Program-made: the position numbers and the translations under genes
Notes under the pieces: generated by a model
What the model saw: the letters and a program-made list of their open reading frames with translations, nothing else
Told to the model about the DNA's origin: nothing
Databases searched by the model: none
Part shown: in pieces, positions 24,620 to 36,705 of the stretch
Layout: each line of letters begins with the position of its first letter
Position numbering within the stretch: position 1 is the first letter of the stretch
Assembly (NCBI GenBank): GCA_043228905.1
Contig: JBHGNT010000011.1
Coordinates: 15,004,001-15,068,000 of the forward strand
DNA: 64,000 nt
Direction: 5' to 3'
Origin: Azolla caroliniana
Taxonomy: Eukaryota; Plantae; Polypodiophyta

Positions 24620-25560
24620 ATCATCTTTCTATCATTTGAATGCTCATATAAGTTCTTACAATGGATATACATATCCATAAGAGTTTAGTTACTATAATTC
24701 TAAACATGTTTCCCCTTTGTTCGATGCAAATTTGCTTTCTCTTTGGCATAGAGAAATTGTCAATTAACTTCCCATATTCTTCCATTTCTTTAAATAAGCC
24801 TTTTGTATGCATGTGGATACTTTTGATGGTTTCCCTTATATTTATTTACATCTAATTTCATAAGGTACTTAGAGATGTGATGTCATTCTTTATCAAACCT
24901 TCTTTTCCTTGAGCTACATTTGTTAGTAGTATAGCAGTACCAAGCATATACTTAACCAAAAAGGATTTCATCATCTTTCATGAAACTTCTCATTTGCCTT
25001 CTAGTGTTGCCACCTTTTGTAACATATCCTTGACCATCTTATCGTACATATGTACTCTTTTAAAATCTATGCACAAATATGATTGTTTTGCGATATGGTT
25101 TAACTTCATATACCCAAATCATTCAATAAATTTAAGATCAATATATAAAGTTCTACGGTCCAATTTTAGAGTCCTTTGCTCGGGTGAAACTTTATTATTT
25201 GATCTAAGATACCTTTTTAGAATAATATATAGTCAATCAAACTATTTTTGTCATGTTTATGCCATGTAAAATAATTGGTATCATTCCATAAAGACGTACT
25301 ATTTGAATAAACATTCAGGTATTATTGCATGTTTCTAGAAGTATCTTTCCATTGATCATGATGTTTTTCCATCCATAGAAGAGAGATTATACCTGTACGT
25401 AGTACGTACCCATTGAAACCCTTGAGATTGTGGCATACAAGATCGTTATGCATCATGTTGCAACATACTTGTGCATGCATTCATTTCATCAAAGATAATA
25501 ACCTACCACCTAGCTTTGAAGCAAAAACGTCCCATTCTAAATTCACAAATGGTTGGTCTC
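24620..25560 (-). mobile_element. Possible highly degraded hAT (DUF659-type) transposase remnant
   Basis: Weak fragments (GRFCFKA, SSMDG, EMEEYGKLIDNFS) occur in the order expected for DUF659/hATC transposases. Very decayed. Confidence 0.3.
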
Positions 25561-25597
25561 TATGTAAACAAGTATAAACATTGGAAGCATAGAAATT

Positions 25598-25624
25598 GGG
25601 GGGGGGGGGGGGGGGGGGGGGGGG
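25598..25624 (+). repeat. 27-nt poly-G tract
   Basis: Directly visible homopolymer. Confidence 0.95.
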
Positions 25625-25946
25625 AGAATTGATGTGGTGAAAGCTTAAAAAATGATGGTGAGAGAATTGATGGTGTGTGAGGTAGGTTGTTGAGGGGTGG
25701 AGTGTTCAACTTGCCTATTGGTGATTCAACACATCCCGTTACCCCTTGTAGGGAGGAGAGTAGAGAGTAGATGAGAGAGAATGGAGCGGAGGAGAGACTC
25801 TCTGACGATTCGCCCTCTACATGCCTAAGATAAGATACCTTACAATCTCTCAGTCGTTGTCTTTGTCTCTCTCTCTTGGTAAAAGCATACAATTATAGTA
25901 ATTGTATATAAAATCCACTTGTTGCAACTTAGTCTCTTCTACCTAC

Positions 25947-26240
25947 CTACATAGGAAGAGGGACATCATGTAAAGCGAATAGAAAACCTGAACATGCACT
26001 TGAGGAAATGATCCGCACATGCGCTAACATCCAGAAATTCCACATAAGGATGCCTTTCAACTTCTTCATATAGGCTTTCATCCCATGTCTACCATCATTA
26101 AGGGAAGCATTACGCATATCCCAACTATGTTGTTGTCCCCAATATCGTAAAAATATGGAGCAATATCTCCATCCAATCCTTTGGACTATTTCAAAAATAC
26201 CGAGGAAAAGCCCATTGTTGGGGCCGTTAAAGAACGTGAG
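25947..26240 (-). mobile_element. LINE 3'-end remnant, same family as 300-760
   Basis: IFLRYWG..WDMRNASLNDGRHGMKAYMKKLKGIL..VPLPM aligns by eye with ORF 554-748. Confidence 0.55.
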
Positions 26241-26373
26241 GTTGGACATTTAATGAACCTATGTGTATTGATTGTCCTCCAAAGGAATCTGAATCTCTCT
26301 CTTATAAGGTTGGACATTTAATGAACCTATGTGTATTGATTGTCCTCCAAAGGAATCTGAATCGCTCTCTTAT
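26239..26373. repeat. Near-perfect 68-bp tandem duplication
   Basis: AGGTTGGACATTTAATGAACC..GAATC(T/G)CTCTCTTAT at 26239 and 26307. Confidence 0.95.
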
Positions 26374-26584
26374 CGAGATTAGTTCATCCTAGTGGTAAGT
26401 TGTTAACACTACAAACAATACGTCTTGGGTTACATCTTAGGTTTGAAACCCAAATTTCTCACCTCTCTATTATAGATATACTTCATACATATATCTTAAT
26501 TCACTGTGGAATGTAAGGGTTGAACCCATGACCACCTAGTCTCCATTGGGCAACCTTACCAATTGAGCGACATCCATCTGGTCG

Positions 26585-26980
26585 CTCTCTCTCTCTCTCT
26601 CTCTCTTTGTGGTTACGATACCATACGATCTCTCTACCCTCTCTCTGTATCTGTATCTGGTATCTGTATATGTATCTGTATCTACCCTCTCTCTCTGTAT
26701 CTGTATCTGGTATATGGTATATCTGTATATGTATCTGTATCTACCCTCTCTCTCTATCTGTATCTGGTATATGGTATCTGTATATGTATCTGTATCTACC
26801 CTCTCTCTCTATCTGTATCTGGTATATGGTATCTGTATATGTATCTGTATCTACCCTCTCTCTCTATCTGTATCTGGTATATGGTATCTGTATATGTATC
26901 TACCCTCTCTCTCTATCTGTATCTGGTATATGGTATCTGTATATGTATCTATCTATGTATCTCTTGTGTGTGTGTGTGTG
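26585..26980. repeat. (CT)n plus ~55-bp minisatellite (6 units) plus (TG)n upstream of the RRM gene
   Basis: CTACCC(TC)nTATCTGTATCTGGTATATGG.. units start at 26634, 26682, 26741, 26796, 26851 and 26900. Confidence 0.95.
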
Positions 26981-27137
26981 AAAGCGGCCAATTGTGGGGC
27001 GTTCATGTCAAGAAACACTCCCTTTCCTTTTCCTTTCATTCCTTCTTTCTGCATCTCCCCTGTTTCCTCTCTTTTTTCTGCATCTCCCCTGTTCCTTGTT
27101 CCCTGTTCCTTCTCTGACTTTCTTTCTCCGCATCGCC

Positions 27138-29524
27138 ATGGCAAACCACCACAGATTTGGTCCGTTTGGTATGATACGAAGCTTCCTGGGCGCCATCACA
27201 GGCGCCTTCTCATCCCTCCCTTCCAACCCTTTCCACCCTAACCATACCCCTCCTCCCATCCCACTGCTCCCTTACCATCCCCACAATTCTCCACCAATCC
27301 CTCCTCCCTCACAAAACCTCCCACCTCCACAAAACCCTCTCTCACAAAACCCCCCTTCCTCCTCCTCTTCTTCTTCTCTTCAGGATCTCCCAATTTCCCT
27401 AACTCCTGAGGGAGATGTGGCCCCTATGCGAGAGGAAGAGGAGGAAATAAAAGAAAATCAGAGTGAAGGGTCTCACTTGTCTCTTTGTCCGGACATGGAG
27501 ATCGAAGAGTCGAGGAAGAGGATCCGGAAAGTTCTCGAAGAAGATGGAGACGGAGGCGGAGGCGGAGAAGGAGAAGACGGAACAGAGATCAAATCCATGA
27601 AGAAACAGAAGATAGGGGATGAGGTTGCTGTGTCCGGGATAAGGTGTGAAGGAACCCTTAGTGCCCCTCAAGAGGATCTCGAAATGAATTGTGTGGAAGA
27701 AAACCCTACTGCAATCTCAACAATACCAAACTCTTCTTCCTCTTCTTCTTATATGAAAGAGAATTATGATGAAACCTTAGTTGGTTACATGGATAGAATG
27801 TCGGCCACAAAGAGGAAAATCAAAGATAAGGATGATGGAACTACTACGGCAGAGAAGACGACGACGAAGAAGAAGAGGAGGAGAGTTTCAAGCCCTGAGC
27901 GCGCCCACATCACGCCCAAATCGGTGTCGGGTGTGAAACGGAAGAAATCAGAAGAGGAGGTTGGCACAAAGTATGAAAAGAAGCTCAAAGCTTTGAGCAT
28001 AGATGAAGTGAAAGAGGAAGAAAACATGGAAGAAGAAGGAATCCCTATTGATATTCAGCCCATCCCAGAGGGAAATTCTGTAGACAATGAAGATGGGGAG
28101 AAGCTCAAAAGAAGAACAATTATTATTCACAACTTGCCTCTTAGTGCCAAGAAGAAAGACATAAACAAGGTCTTTGCTAGCTATGGACCTATGGAAGCCA
28201 TCATTCTGCAAGCAAACTCAGCCAGTTCAGATGTAAGTTCTAGAATACCATACAAAGAAAGACTTTATGTAATTTGGTACCAAGTTTCACCACACAGTTA
28301 CAAGCATATATGTCTGTGCATGTGTGTGTATCTATCTGCACTATGAGATAGATGTTTGCTTTGTAAAGTTTATTTTATAACATCATTTTGCTTGTTTACA
28401 GGCGCCTGTGCTTCGAAAGCGATCAATTGTAAAAGATGAGATCATCAAGAAAACGATCACTAGGTTTTTCCATTTATGTCCAAATTTTGTCACTTTATAA
28501 AGCTAATCATGGTTTATGGACTTTCAGTGTGACCATAATTAGTTTAGGGTTGGGGGTTTAATTCCCCTTTCACTTTGCATGTTAAATCGGGATGTCTTAA
28601 TGGTGCAGCCAAACTGCTTCAATTGTGTATAAGGAGGAATCATCAGCAAATGCGGCGCTTTTGCACAATGTGAAGGAGGTATATATGCATGTTTTTTTTT
28701 CATTATTATTGCTTTCACACATAATGTTAATATTCCTTACCAGTTTTCTCTCTTTGGCTTTTGTGGTGACATCTATCAGTTCAATGGGAATTATATTTTT
28801 GTGGATGCTCCTTGGTGTTCAGGGGTACCTGAAGATTTCTTCCCGTACAATCGAGCTCGTACAGCTCTTCTTAGCAACCTTCCTTATGATGTGAAGGTGT
28901 GTATGGATCCTTTAACCAACTATGCTTTTGCATTTTATTGTTTCATCTATTGATGGTTTTTTGGATTGTCTTTAGGGTGAAGAAGTACTTGAGATTCTTC
29001 ATTGTACGTTACCGAAGACGCATATCGAAGCACTTAGGGTTTTTAGGAATGCTTCCCCTGCTCTCGGTGCAAGTGCGTATGTACTTTTTAAATCTGAGGT
29101 AAGCGAATGCTTTTCCAGACTCCTTGGGATCCATAAATATGTAAATTTGGTACCAACAGTCGGTTCCTTGATGCTGGTATCTTTGTAGGTAAATCTTCGT
29201 GCATTTTTATCAACAAAACAAACATTGAAATCGAAGGGCAAGGTGATATCCGTGACACGTATCACAAAACGCCAGAGGGAGCCAGGCTCTGACGAGAGTC
29301 GTTTAAAGAAAAAAACTCTTCTGTATGGTGAGTCTAGACCTACGACGGCGACAAAACAATCTCAACCCTTACTAACACGAATGCGAGGATCGACTATCAA
29401 GGATGAGACCCGTTCGGAACTCTCTAAAAGCCCAATCCATGAGAGTTTGTCAGGAGTCAAGCAAAAGAGAGAAGAAAAGCGGCAAAGAGGAATCTCGAGA
29501 TCAAAAAAGATAAGGAGGAGTTAA
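27138..29524 (+). CDS. RBM34/Nop12-like two-RRM protein (~600 aa); exons 27138-28232, 28402-28463, 28609-28678, 28780-28896, 28976-29098, 29189-29524
   Basis: All five introns are GT-AG and phase-consistent. The spliced product RTIIIHNLPLSAKKKDI..ASIVYKEESSANAALLHN..RTALLSNLPYDVKGEEV..IEALRVFRN..AYVLFKS parallels plant RBM34 as I recall it (RTVFVGNLPLKVKKK..AYVVF..AHN..RTVF.GNLPFDVKDEE..IEAVRVIRD..AYVLFKT). The basic C-terminal tail suggests nucleolar location. Confidence 0.85.
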
Positions 29525-31464
29525 CCTATTTTGAGCAATTGGCCTTTGAGCTTCCTTTTTTAATGGAGAACTTGGGCCTAGGCCCGTTGATGAAGTTTGG
29601 GATTACCAAAACCCTGTACAATGATGGGTATATGTTGGTCTATTACATGGCCCCACCCAAGAACTCCATGTGGATTTTGTCGTAACCTTTTAAGTGCAAA
29701 GCCCTGCTGACCATGGATTGAAGCATGGTGGTTGTCAATCATTTGTAACTTTAAGACATAGGAGCTGTTCATCTAACTTCATTTGTTCCTAGCACATGCT
29801 TGGACATTCATTTCTCCCATAGGTAATTTTTTTAATCCTTAGCACCAGGGTCATGTGAGATCACATTGTTCCCTTTGGCAAGATGACATTGTATACATAG
29901 CATTTTAAAAGATTCAATTAGACACACACAAAAGTGTAAAATTTGTACTTGAAAATGGGTATTCATTGAATACCATAATTATTGGAAATCTCATTGGGTC
30001 ACAGCCAAATGCTTTCGATCCATTTGCATTAATTTATGTACAGCTTATTTACTTCAATTTGACTTGTATATTATAGGAGTATGGTAAACAACCTTAGGAT
30101 AAGTTACGTTATATCTTATAAAGTTATAACATAGGTCAATCGAGAGTGAACTATTATAATCTAGGACATGTGTTCTTTTACAACACCTAGATGTCCATTC
30201 TTGACAAATAGTATGATGTGATAATAAAATGTCAATACATGTAGTACCAAGGTAACTTGTAAATTTCAAGTTCAAAAGATGAATTTTCTCATGTGAAGGA
30301 CATGGATTGATGTTGACAATAATGGATGCCATGGTCCGATGCAACTAGGGTACAAATTTGTTTGCCAATTGGACCCAATTGGGACAATAAGTGGAACACA
30401 TAACCAATTGACATGCCCAAAACTTGATGGAGCTAGACCAAATTACTAGCAATGAAAAAGAACTCATGTACCTTGTTTAAACAACCAAAAATAGCCAAGA
30501 TGGGACATGGCATTCGAATAGGAATACAATCTCTTCCTTAAAGGAAATGCTCATCTCTACTCTCTTTTTTTATATACCCATGTTCTCATTCTCAAAGAAT
30601 CTCATACACACAATGAAAGAAAAGTGAGATATGTTGATACCAATGTTTTCAAAAGGCTAAAATAGCCAATGAATAAATTAATAATGAAGACCAAAGAAAA
30701 CGATTATCATCTTATCTTTTTGATTAAGAATGTCCTTCTCAGAGTCAAATATGACATATGGGACCAAAACTGAATTTTGTTTTACATAATAGGTTTGTAA
30801 GTGAGTAATGACACAATGTTCTAGAAGTTTTTTTATAAATGTTGTAATTCAAAGCACACATTTATTGATAAACTAGGATGTGATAAAGAACAATCCATCG
30901 GATTAAAGTGTGACACCCTAACTCCAATACTTGTTTAGTGCAAAATATGCATAATCGTGACTTGTGAGTCTCCTCGCCTATGTTCCATTCCCCCATCTCA
31001 CATAAAAAACGAATGCGAGTGAAGTTGTGAACAATGGTGCAGACAACAAAGGCATAGTCTCTAGCTTGTATCAATGAGTGTGGTTTCCTGCTCTATATAA
31101 AGAAGATCGTTTTTGGTTTTGTAATTTGGTACAACATATGTAATATTGTGGTGGTCACATGGACCACACCTAGATTAGGCCCCTACCAAGCCCCATGCAC
31201 CACACATAGACCACACCGAAATTAGGCCCCTACCAAGCCTCATGCACCACACCCAAACTAGGCCCCCACCAAGCCCCATAATTAGTAGAGCTAATTGGAG
31301 CGGGAGAACACCCTCCACGCTAAGAGAGAGTCTATAAAATGTAACTTGAGACATAATGAAAGGGGGCTATTCTTGAGAGCATTTCACATCTTGAGCATTT
31401 CACATCTTGGTGGAGAAGACGGGCCAAGCCACCCCAACTCACGACCCCAACAACGCCCGCCACG

Positions 31465-32415
31465 ATGCAACACGACAACAACGACGACAACGCAAACTCG
31501 ATGAATCTGGAATTCCTACAACACAATCAAGGACACCAGCCCACATCGCCAATCGACCAACTGGTTCAAGCTCTGTCCAACATCATTTTACAAGTTAACC
31601 ATACTAACCAAGCCATGTTGTCCTTTCTTTCAGCACGATCCGAGCCACAACAAAATCTCCCGGACTCTCGAGTTCGCCCAAAACCGTTCTCCGGCCTACC
31701 ATCGGAAGACGTCCTCTCTTGGCTGGATCATTTCGAAATGGTGGCCAGTTACCACCAGTGGCCACACCCTCGGAAGGCAATGGAGATGAAGACACTCCTC
31801 GAGAATATCGCGGCAACATGGCTTGTACAACAACCCGAAGAGACACGCAACGACTGGGATCTGTTACGGGCAGCCATGATTCGGAATTTTGCTCATCAAG
31901 ACTCCCGCCAGACGGCCCTACAACAACTTGAGTCAATTACCCAACAACCACGCGAACCCATCACCCAGTTCGCGGTTCGTTTTGTGCAGATCCTACGCCG
32001 GGCTGACGCCAACATGTCGGAGGACATGAAGTTGTTTTTTTTCTGGCCGCGTATACGACATGACCTCCGCCGTCGTGTACGCGATCAAGGCCCGACGACA
32101 CTACACGAAGCCATCCTCACTGCCCAACGCATCGAAGCTGCAGACGCGCACGACATGCACACACCAGGTAATCTCAGTCATGATCATACAAACACTATAC
32201 CAGCCGTCACTCCCATGGACATCGACATCCAGAACGCGCAATTACGTGCCAAGCGTGCATTGCCCGAACGAGACAGCCAGGGACGCCCCAAATGTTTCTA
32301 CTGCAACAACTATGGCCACATTCGGCGTCACTGCCGAAAGTGGCAGAATCACCAACAGAAGCAGAACGTCCAATTAGCTGACGCTGCCTCCCTCTCTAAG
32401 CTCCCGGAAAACTAA
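31465..32415 (+). CDS. gag: Gypsy gag (retrotransposon gag plus CCHC zinc knuckle)
   Basis: PFSGLPSEDVLSWLDHFE gag N-terminus and CFYCNNYGHIRRHC knuckle. Intact 316-aa ORF. Confidence 0.9.
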   Translation: MQHDNNDDNANSMNLEFLQHNQGHQPTSPIDQLVQALSNIILQVNHTNQAMLSFLSARSEPQQNLPDSRVRPKPFSGLPSEDVLSWLDHFEMVASYHQWPHPRKAMEMKTLLENIAATWLVQQPEETRNDWDLLRAAMIRNFAHQDSRQTALQQLESITQQPREPITQFAVRFVQILRRADANMSEDMKLFFFWPRIRHDLRRRVRDQGPTTLHEAILTAQRIEAADAHDMHTPGNLSHDHTNTIPAVTPMDIDIQNAQLRAKRALPERDSQGRPKCFYCNNYGHIRRHCRKWQNHQQKQNVQLADAASLSKLPEN

Positions 32416-35400
32416 TGCGCGGGGTGCCGCAGGGAGAGCCGCCCCCGCACGTCCACGTCTCCACGTCCTCAACTTCTCCCGTTTCTCCCACGATCGAGCC
32501 GCCCCCGCACGTCCACGCCTCCACTTCATCAACTTCGCCCGTTTGTACCACAATCGCCCGCCTCCAGCACACGACCCAAGAAGTTCTCCTCGACTCCGGC
32601 AGCAACATCTCTTCCATCAGCACAAATTTAGTCACCCAATTACAACTTCCCACGAGCCACGCACCGCCCATTAAAATCCTCTTCGGCGACCAACAACGGG
32701 TGTACCACTCACATACGCAAGTCAGGTGCATGCTCACCATTAGTTCCGCCCAGATCCACCATCGTTTCTACGTCCTCCCGCGCTAGTTGTTCCCAATCAC
32801 CTTGGGATGTGATTGGTTCCTCCATAGTCGAGCCTGTCTCAATTTCTCCGCACAACAGCTCATCCTCCCAAATCACATTCCGATCGCGCTCTTCACTACT
32901 CCGCGGGATACCACCCACATCAGCAACACACAGTACCTGATATCACCGGCGGAGCGCATCAACGACATCAGACGGCTCCTCGCTACCTTTCCCTCGTTGT
33001 CTACACCACCTGTAAAACCTCCCTCGGTCCGTTTTCCGATTCACCACACGATTCCTACAGGCAACGCCCGCCCCATCAACGCAGCTCCCCGACGTCGCTC
33101 GCCTCTCGACCACGAGCGCATCGACAACGCCGTCAAAACTATGCTCCAACAAGGGATTATCACACCTTCCAAGAGCGAGTGGATCTCGGAGCCACACATG
33201 GTAAAGAAAGGGGATGGTTCTTACCGCTTTTGTGTCGACTTCCGACAACTGAACCATGTCACCACCCATGACCGATACCCTCTCCCTCGTATCGATGACC
33301 TCCTCGACCAACTTGGCAAATCAAAGTACTTCACCTCCCTCGATCTAGCCTCGGGATATTGGCAGATCCCGATGAATCCTCACGATGCCCACAAAACTGC
33401 ATTCCGCACTAGGAAAGACATTTTTCAGTTCACACGGATGCCCTTTGGCCTATCTGATTCGGGGAGCACATTCCAGCGAATGGCTAATGCCATCTTCGAT
33501 GATCTCATCACCCGCCGTGTCGTCATCGTCTATCTAGACGATATTCTGGTACATACAAGCACTTGGGTAGAACACCTTCAAGTCCTTCGGGAGGTCCTAA
33601 CTTGTGTTCAACGCTATCGATTGCAGTTGCAATGGAAGAAGTGCCGATGGGGTAGTACGTGCCTCCGCTTCCTTGGGTACGTCATCTCCTCCGACGGAAT
33701 ACAAATGGACCCGGAGAAGACAGAAGCAGTCCAAAAATTCCCACGCCCCACCATAGTCAAGCAGCTTCAACGCTTCCTCGGCCTCCTCACGTTCTCTCTT
33801 CGTTTCATCCCACGACTAGCCGACCTGTCAGCCCCACTACGCGCGCTCCTACAAAAAGACGCACCCTTCCTGTGGACCGAAGCCTGCGAATCCAGCTTCC
33901 TGCAGCTCAAGAGAACACTCCAAGCCTCTGACCTCCTGGCCCACCCTGATTTCACGAAGCCTTTCCATCTGCAGACGGATGCCTCCAATGTCGGCCTTGG
34001 TGCGGTCCTGCTCCAATCCGACGACAATGACCAACTCCGCCCGATTGCCTACATCAGTCGGTCACTTACCAAAGCCGAACAAAATTACTCGACAACTGAA
34101 AAAGAGTTCCTCGCCATCGTCTGGGCATTCCATCGTTTCCACCCATACCTTCACGGATCAAATACATCAGTCAAAACCGACCATCAGCCATTGCTCTCCC
34201 TCATAAAGAAGGCTCATCCACCCGGCCGCTTACTTCGTTGGGTTTTGGCGCTACAGGATTACACATTCACTCTGCGCTATCGCCATGGTCCACAAAACAT
34301 CGTCTCCAATGGATTATCCCGCATATCCTTTCAGGCGAACCAGATCACCTCCAACACAATCGATTTCCCCATATCCTCGTCCCAAATGGCCAACATGCAA
34401 CAACACGACAAACAAATCCAAGATATCTGCCACCGCCTATGAGCTGAACCGACATCATCCCTCACCAAGCAATTCATGATCCAAGATAATGTCCTACCTT
34501 TTTGTCAAGTAGGCAAAGAACCCCGAGTCTACGTGCCTGAGCAACTATGCCAGTCTTACCTTCGTTTCTTCCACGATCACCCGTTGTCCGGCCACTTGGG
34601 TTTTCATAAGGTGCTCGACAAAATTCGTCGCAAATTCTATTGGCCTGGGCTACGCCACGAGGTCGCCTCCTACATCAAAGCATGCAACTTATGTCAGGCC
34701 ATCAAATCACCTCAAGTGGCTCAAGGCCTCTTACATCCGATACAAGTTCAAGCTCCATTTGAAATCGTCAGATGGGACATTATGGGCCCCTTTCCCGAGT
34801 CACAAGGAGGGAACAAATTCATCCTCGTCATCACCGAGTACTTCACGCGTTGGGCTGAGACGGCCGCTATCCCAAATGCAAAGGCTATGACCATCGCCTC
34901 CAAACTATTGGAGAAAATCATCTTCCCCCACGGTTGCCCACTCCAAATCTTGTCCGATCGAGGACCCCAGTTCAACGGTGAGCTCCTACGCCTCGTTTCA
35001 ACACAACTAGGAATCCAACAGTTATTCACGTCACCCTACCATCCGCAAACGAATGGGTTGACGGAGCGCCTCAATCGAACCTTAAAACAACAAATCTCAG
35101 CCTACATCGATCCGCTGCACTCAACCTGGGACCGAATCTTGCCCTTCGTTACGCATGCCTACAACACAACGGTGCAAGCCTCTACCCGCATTAGCCCATT
35201 TTGGGCCCTTTACGGAAGGGACCCGCGCTTACCCCCAGAAGTGGCAGTCCCGCAACCAACCACACGACTCCACGCTGACGCAGTGTCTTGGTGGTCCCAC
35301 CTACAACAACTCCAGCCCCTCCTCCGCAAAGCCATCACGAGCAACCTGCACCAGGCACAACTACGCCAAAAACGACAACACGATATAGGCCGTGTCGACC

Positions 35401-35699
35401 ATCAATACCACGTCGGTGACAAAGTCCTCGTCTACTTCCCCATCCGTCGTCGCGGTCTCAACGAATCGCTCATGCACCGATGGATCGGTCCCTTCGAAGT
35501 TCAAAAGCAGATACGCGACACTACATACCTGCTCCGCCGCGCCTCCAACAACCGCTCTACCTTTGCTCACCAGTCTCGCATGAAGCCCTTCCATCAACTA
35601 CCACCGCCCCCGCCCACACTCATGCCTACACCCACGCCCGTGTCATCCCCCCGTCTGGAACCGTCGTCCACGCCTCGTCGCGCTTCGACTGCACAATAA
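32415..35699 (+). pseudogene. pol: Gypsy pol (PR-RT-RNaseH-INT) in the -1 frame relative to gag, with two in-frame stops
   Basis: LLDSGS protease; RFCVDFR, LDLASGYWQI and YLDD in RT; TDAS RNase H; HHCC, SDRGPQF and WIGPF in integrase. One reading frame with TAG 32784-32786 and TGA 34440-34442. Confidence 0.92.
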
Positions 35700-36705
35700 C
35701 TTTTTTTTTACAAGGGGGAATTGTGGTGGTCACATGGACCACACCTAGATTAGGCCCCTACCAAGCCCCATGCACCACACATAGACCACACCGAAATTAG
35801 GCCCCTACCAAGCCTCATGCACCACACCCAAACTAGGCCCCCACCAAGCCCCATAATTAGTAGAGCTAATTGGAGCGGGAGAACACCCTCCACGCTAAGA
35901 GAGAGTCTATAAAATGTAACTTGAGACATAATGAAAGGGGGCTATTCTTGAGAGCATTTCACATCTTGAGCATTTCACAATATAATGTGTGAAATGTGAA
36001 CCTCCATATCTTTCCCAATATGTATATCATATGTTAGTGTTATAAAAAACCTCATTCGCAAAGAAATTTATTGACGCATCATGAAGCAAATATGATGCAC
36101 TCCATTCTCCAAACCATGTCTCCATGTCTCCATGTCTTGCATTCATCCAAAACTCAAAATTTCTTTCACGTCTTTTATAATTCTTTACTTGTTTCCCTTT
36201 TACTCAAAATCTAGGTAATGTGGGTATTTTTAACCTTAAGAATTTACTACAGACACCCATTTCGATGGCCATAATCTCAATGGCAATAAGAGATTGGTAG
36301 ATTGATTGATTTTATTAACATCTTCAAAAGTCAAAATATGACTCGCCAAATTTACACTTGGTGTTTTTATGCAATCACATGTAAAAGTGAGTAGTGACTC
36401 TTGATGTTCAAGAGCTTATTAATGAATGTAACAATTGAGAGTGCACATTTTAACGTGGTCATGATCTCAATGGGAAGTAATCTAATCTCAATACAAGGTA
36501 GATAAATAGAGATGTTTTTATTATGATCTATGAAAAAAAAGAGTGTTTTCATGTAATATATGTAGAAGTGATTAACCACGCTCTATGTTAAAGAACTTTA
36601 TTAATGAATGTTGCAATTGGAAGTGCACATTGTGGTTGTGAGGCCTTGTTTTGGTCAAAGCTGTGGAAAGCATAGTCAAATGTGATTAAAGACAAATCAT
36701 TATAT

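Larger units (their letters stand above)
31147..35979 (+). mobile_element. Full-length Ty3/Gypsy LTR retrotransposon without chromodomain; LTRs 31147-31404 and 35722-35979
   Basis: 258-bp LTRs (TGTGG..TCACA) that appear identical, ATAT TSD, PBS TGGTGGAGA at 31408 and PPT AAGGGGGAA. Domain order is gag-PR-RT-RH-INT. Confidence 0.97.

Noticed and set aside
26634-26950. CRISPR-like regular repeats (also 48340-48520)
   Set aside because: The units are contiguous tandem copies without unique spacers, there are no cas genes, and the context is eukaryotic.
26563-27241. Three overlapping 124-210-aa ORFs rich in Y/L/S/I/C
   Set aside because: They are translations of the stop-free minisatellite, not genes.
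32784-34442. Idea that the pol stops are repaired by U-to-C RNA editing
   Set aside because: U-to-C editing in ferns and hornworts is established for organellar transcripts. Methylcytosine deamination explains these nuclear stops more simply.
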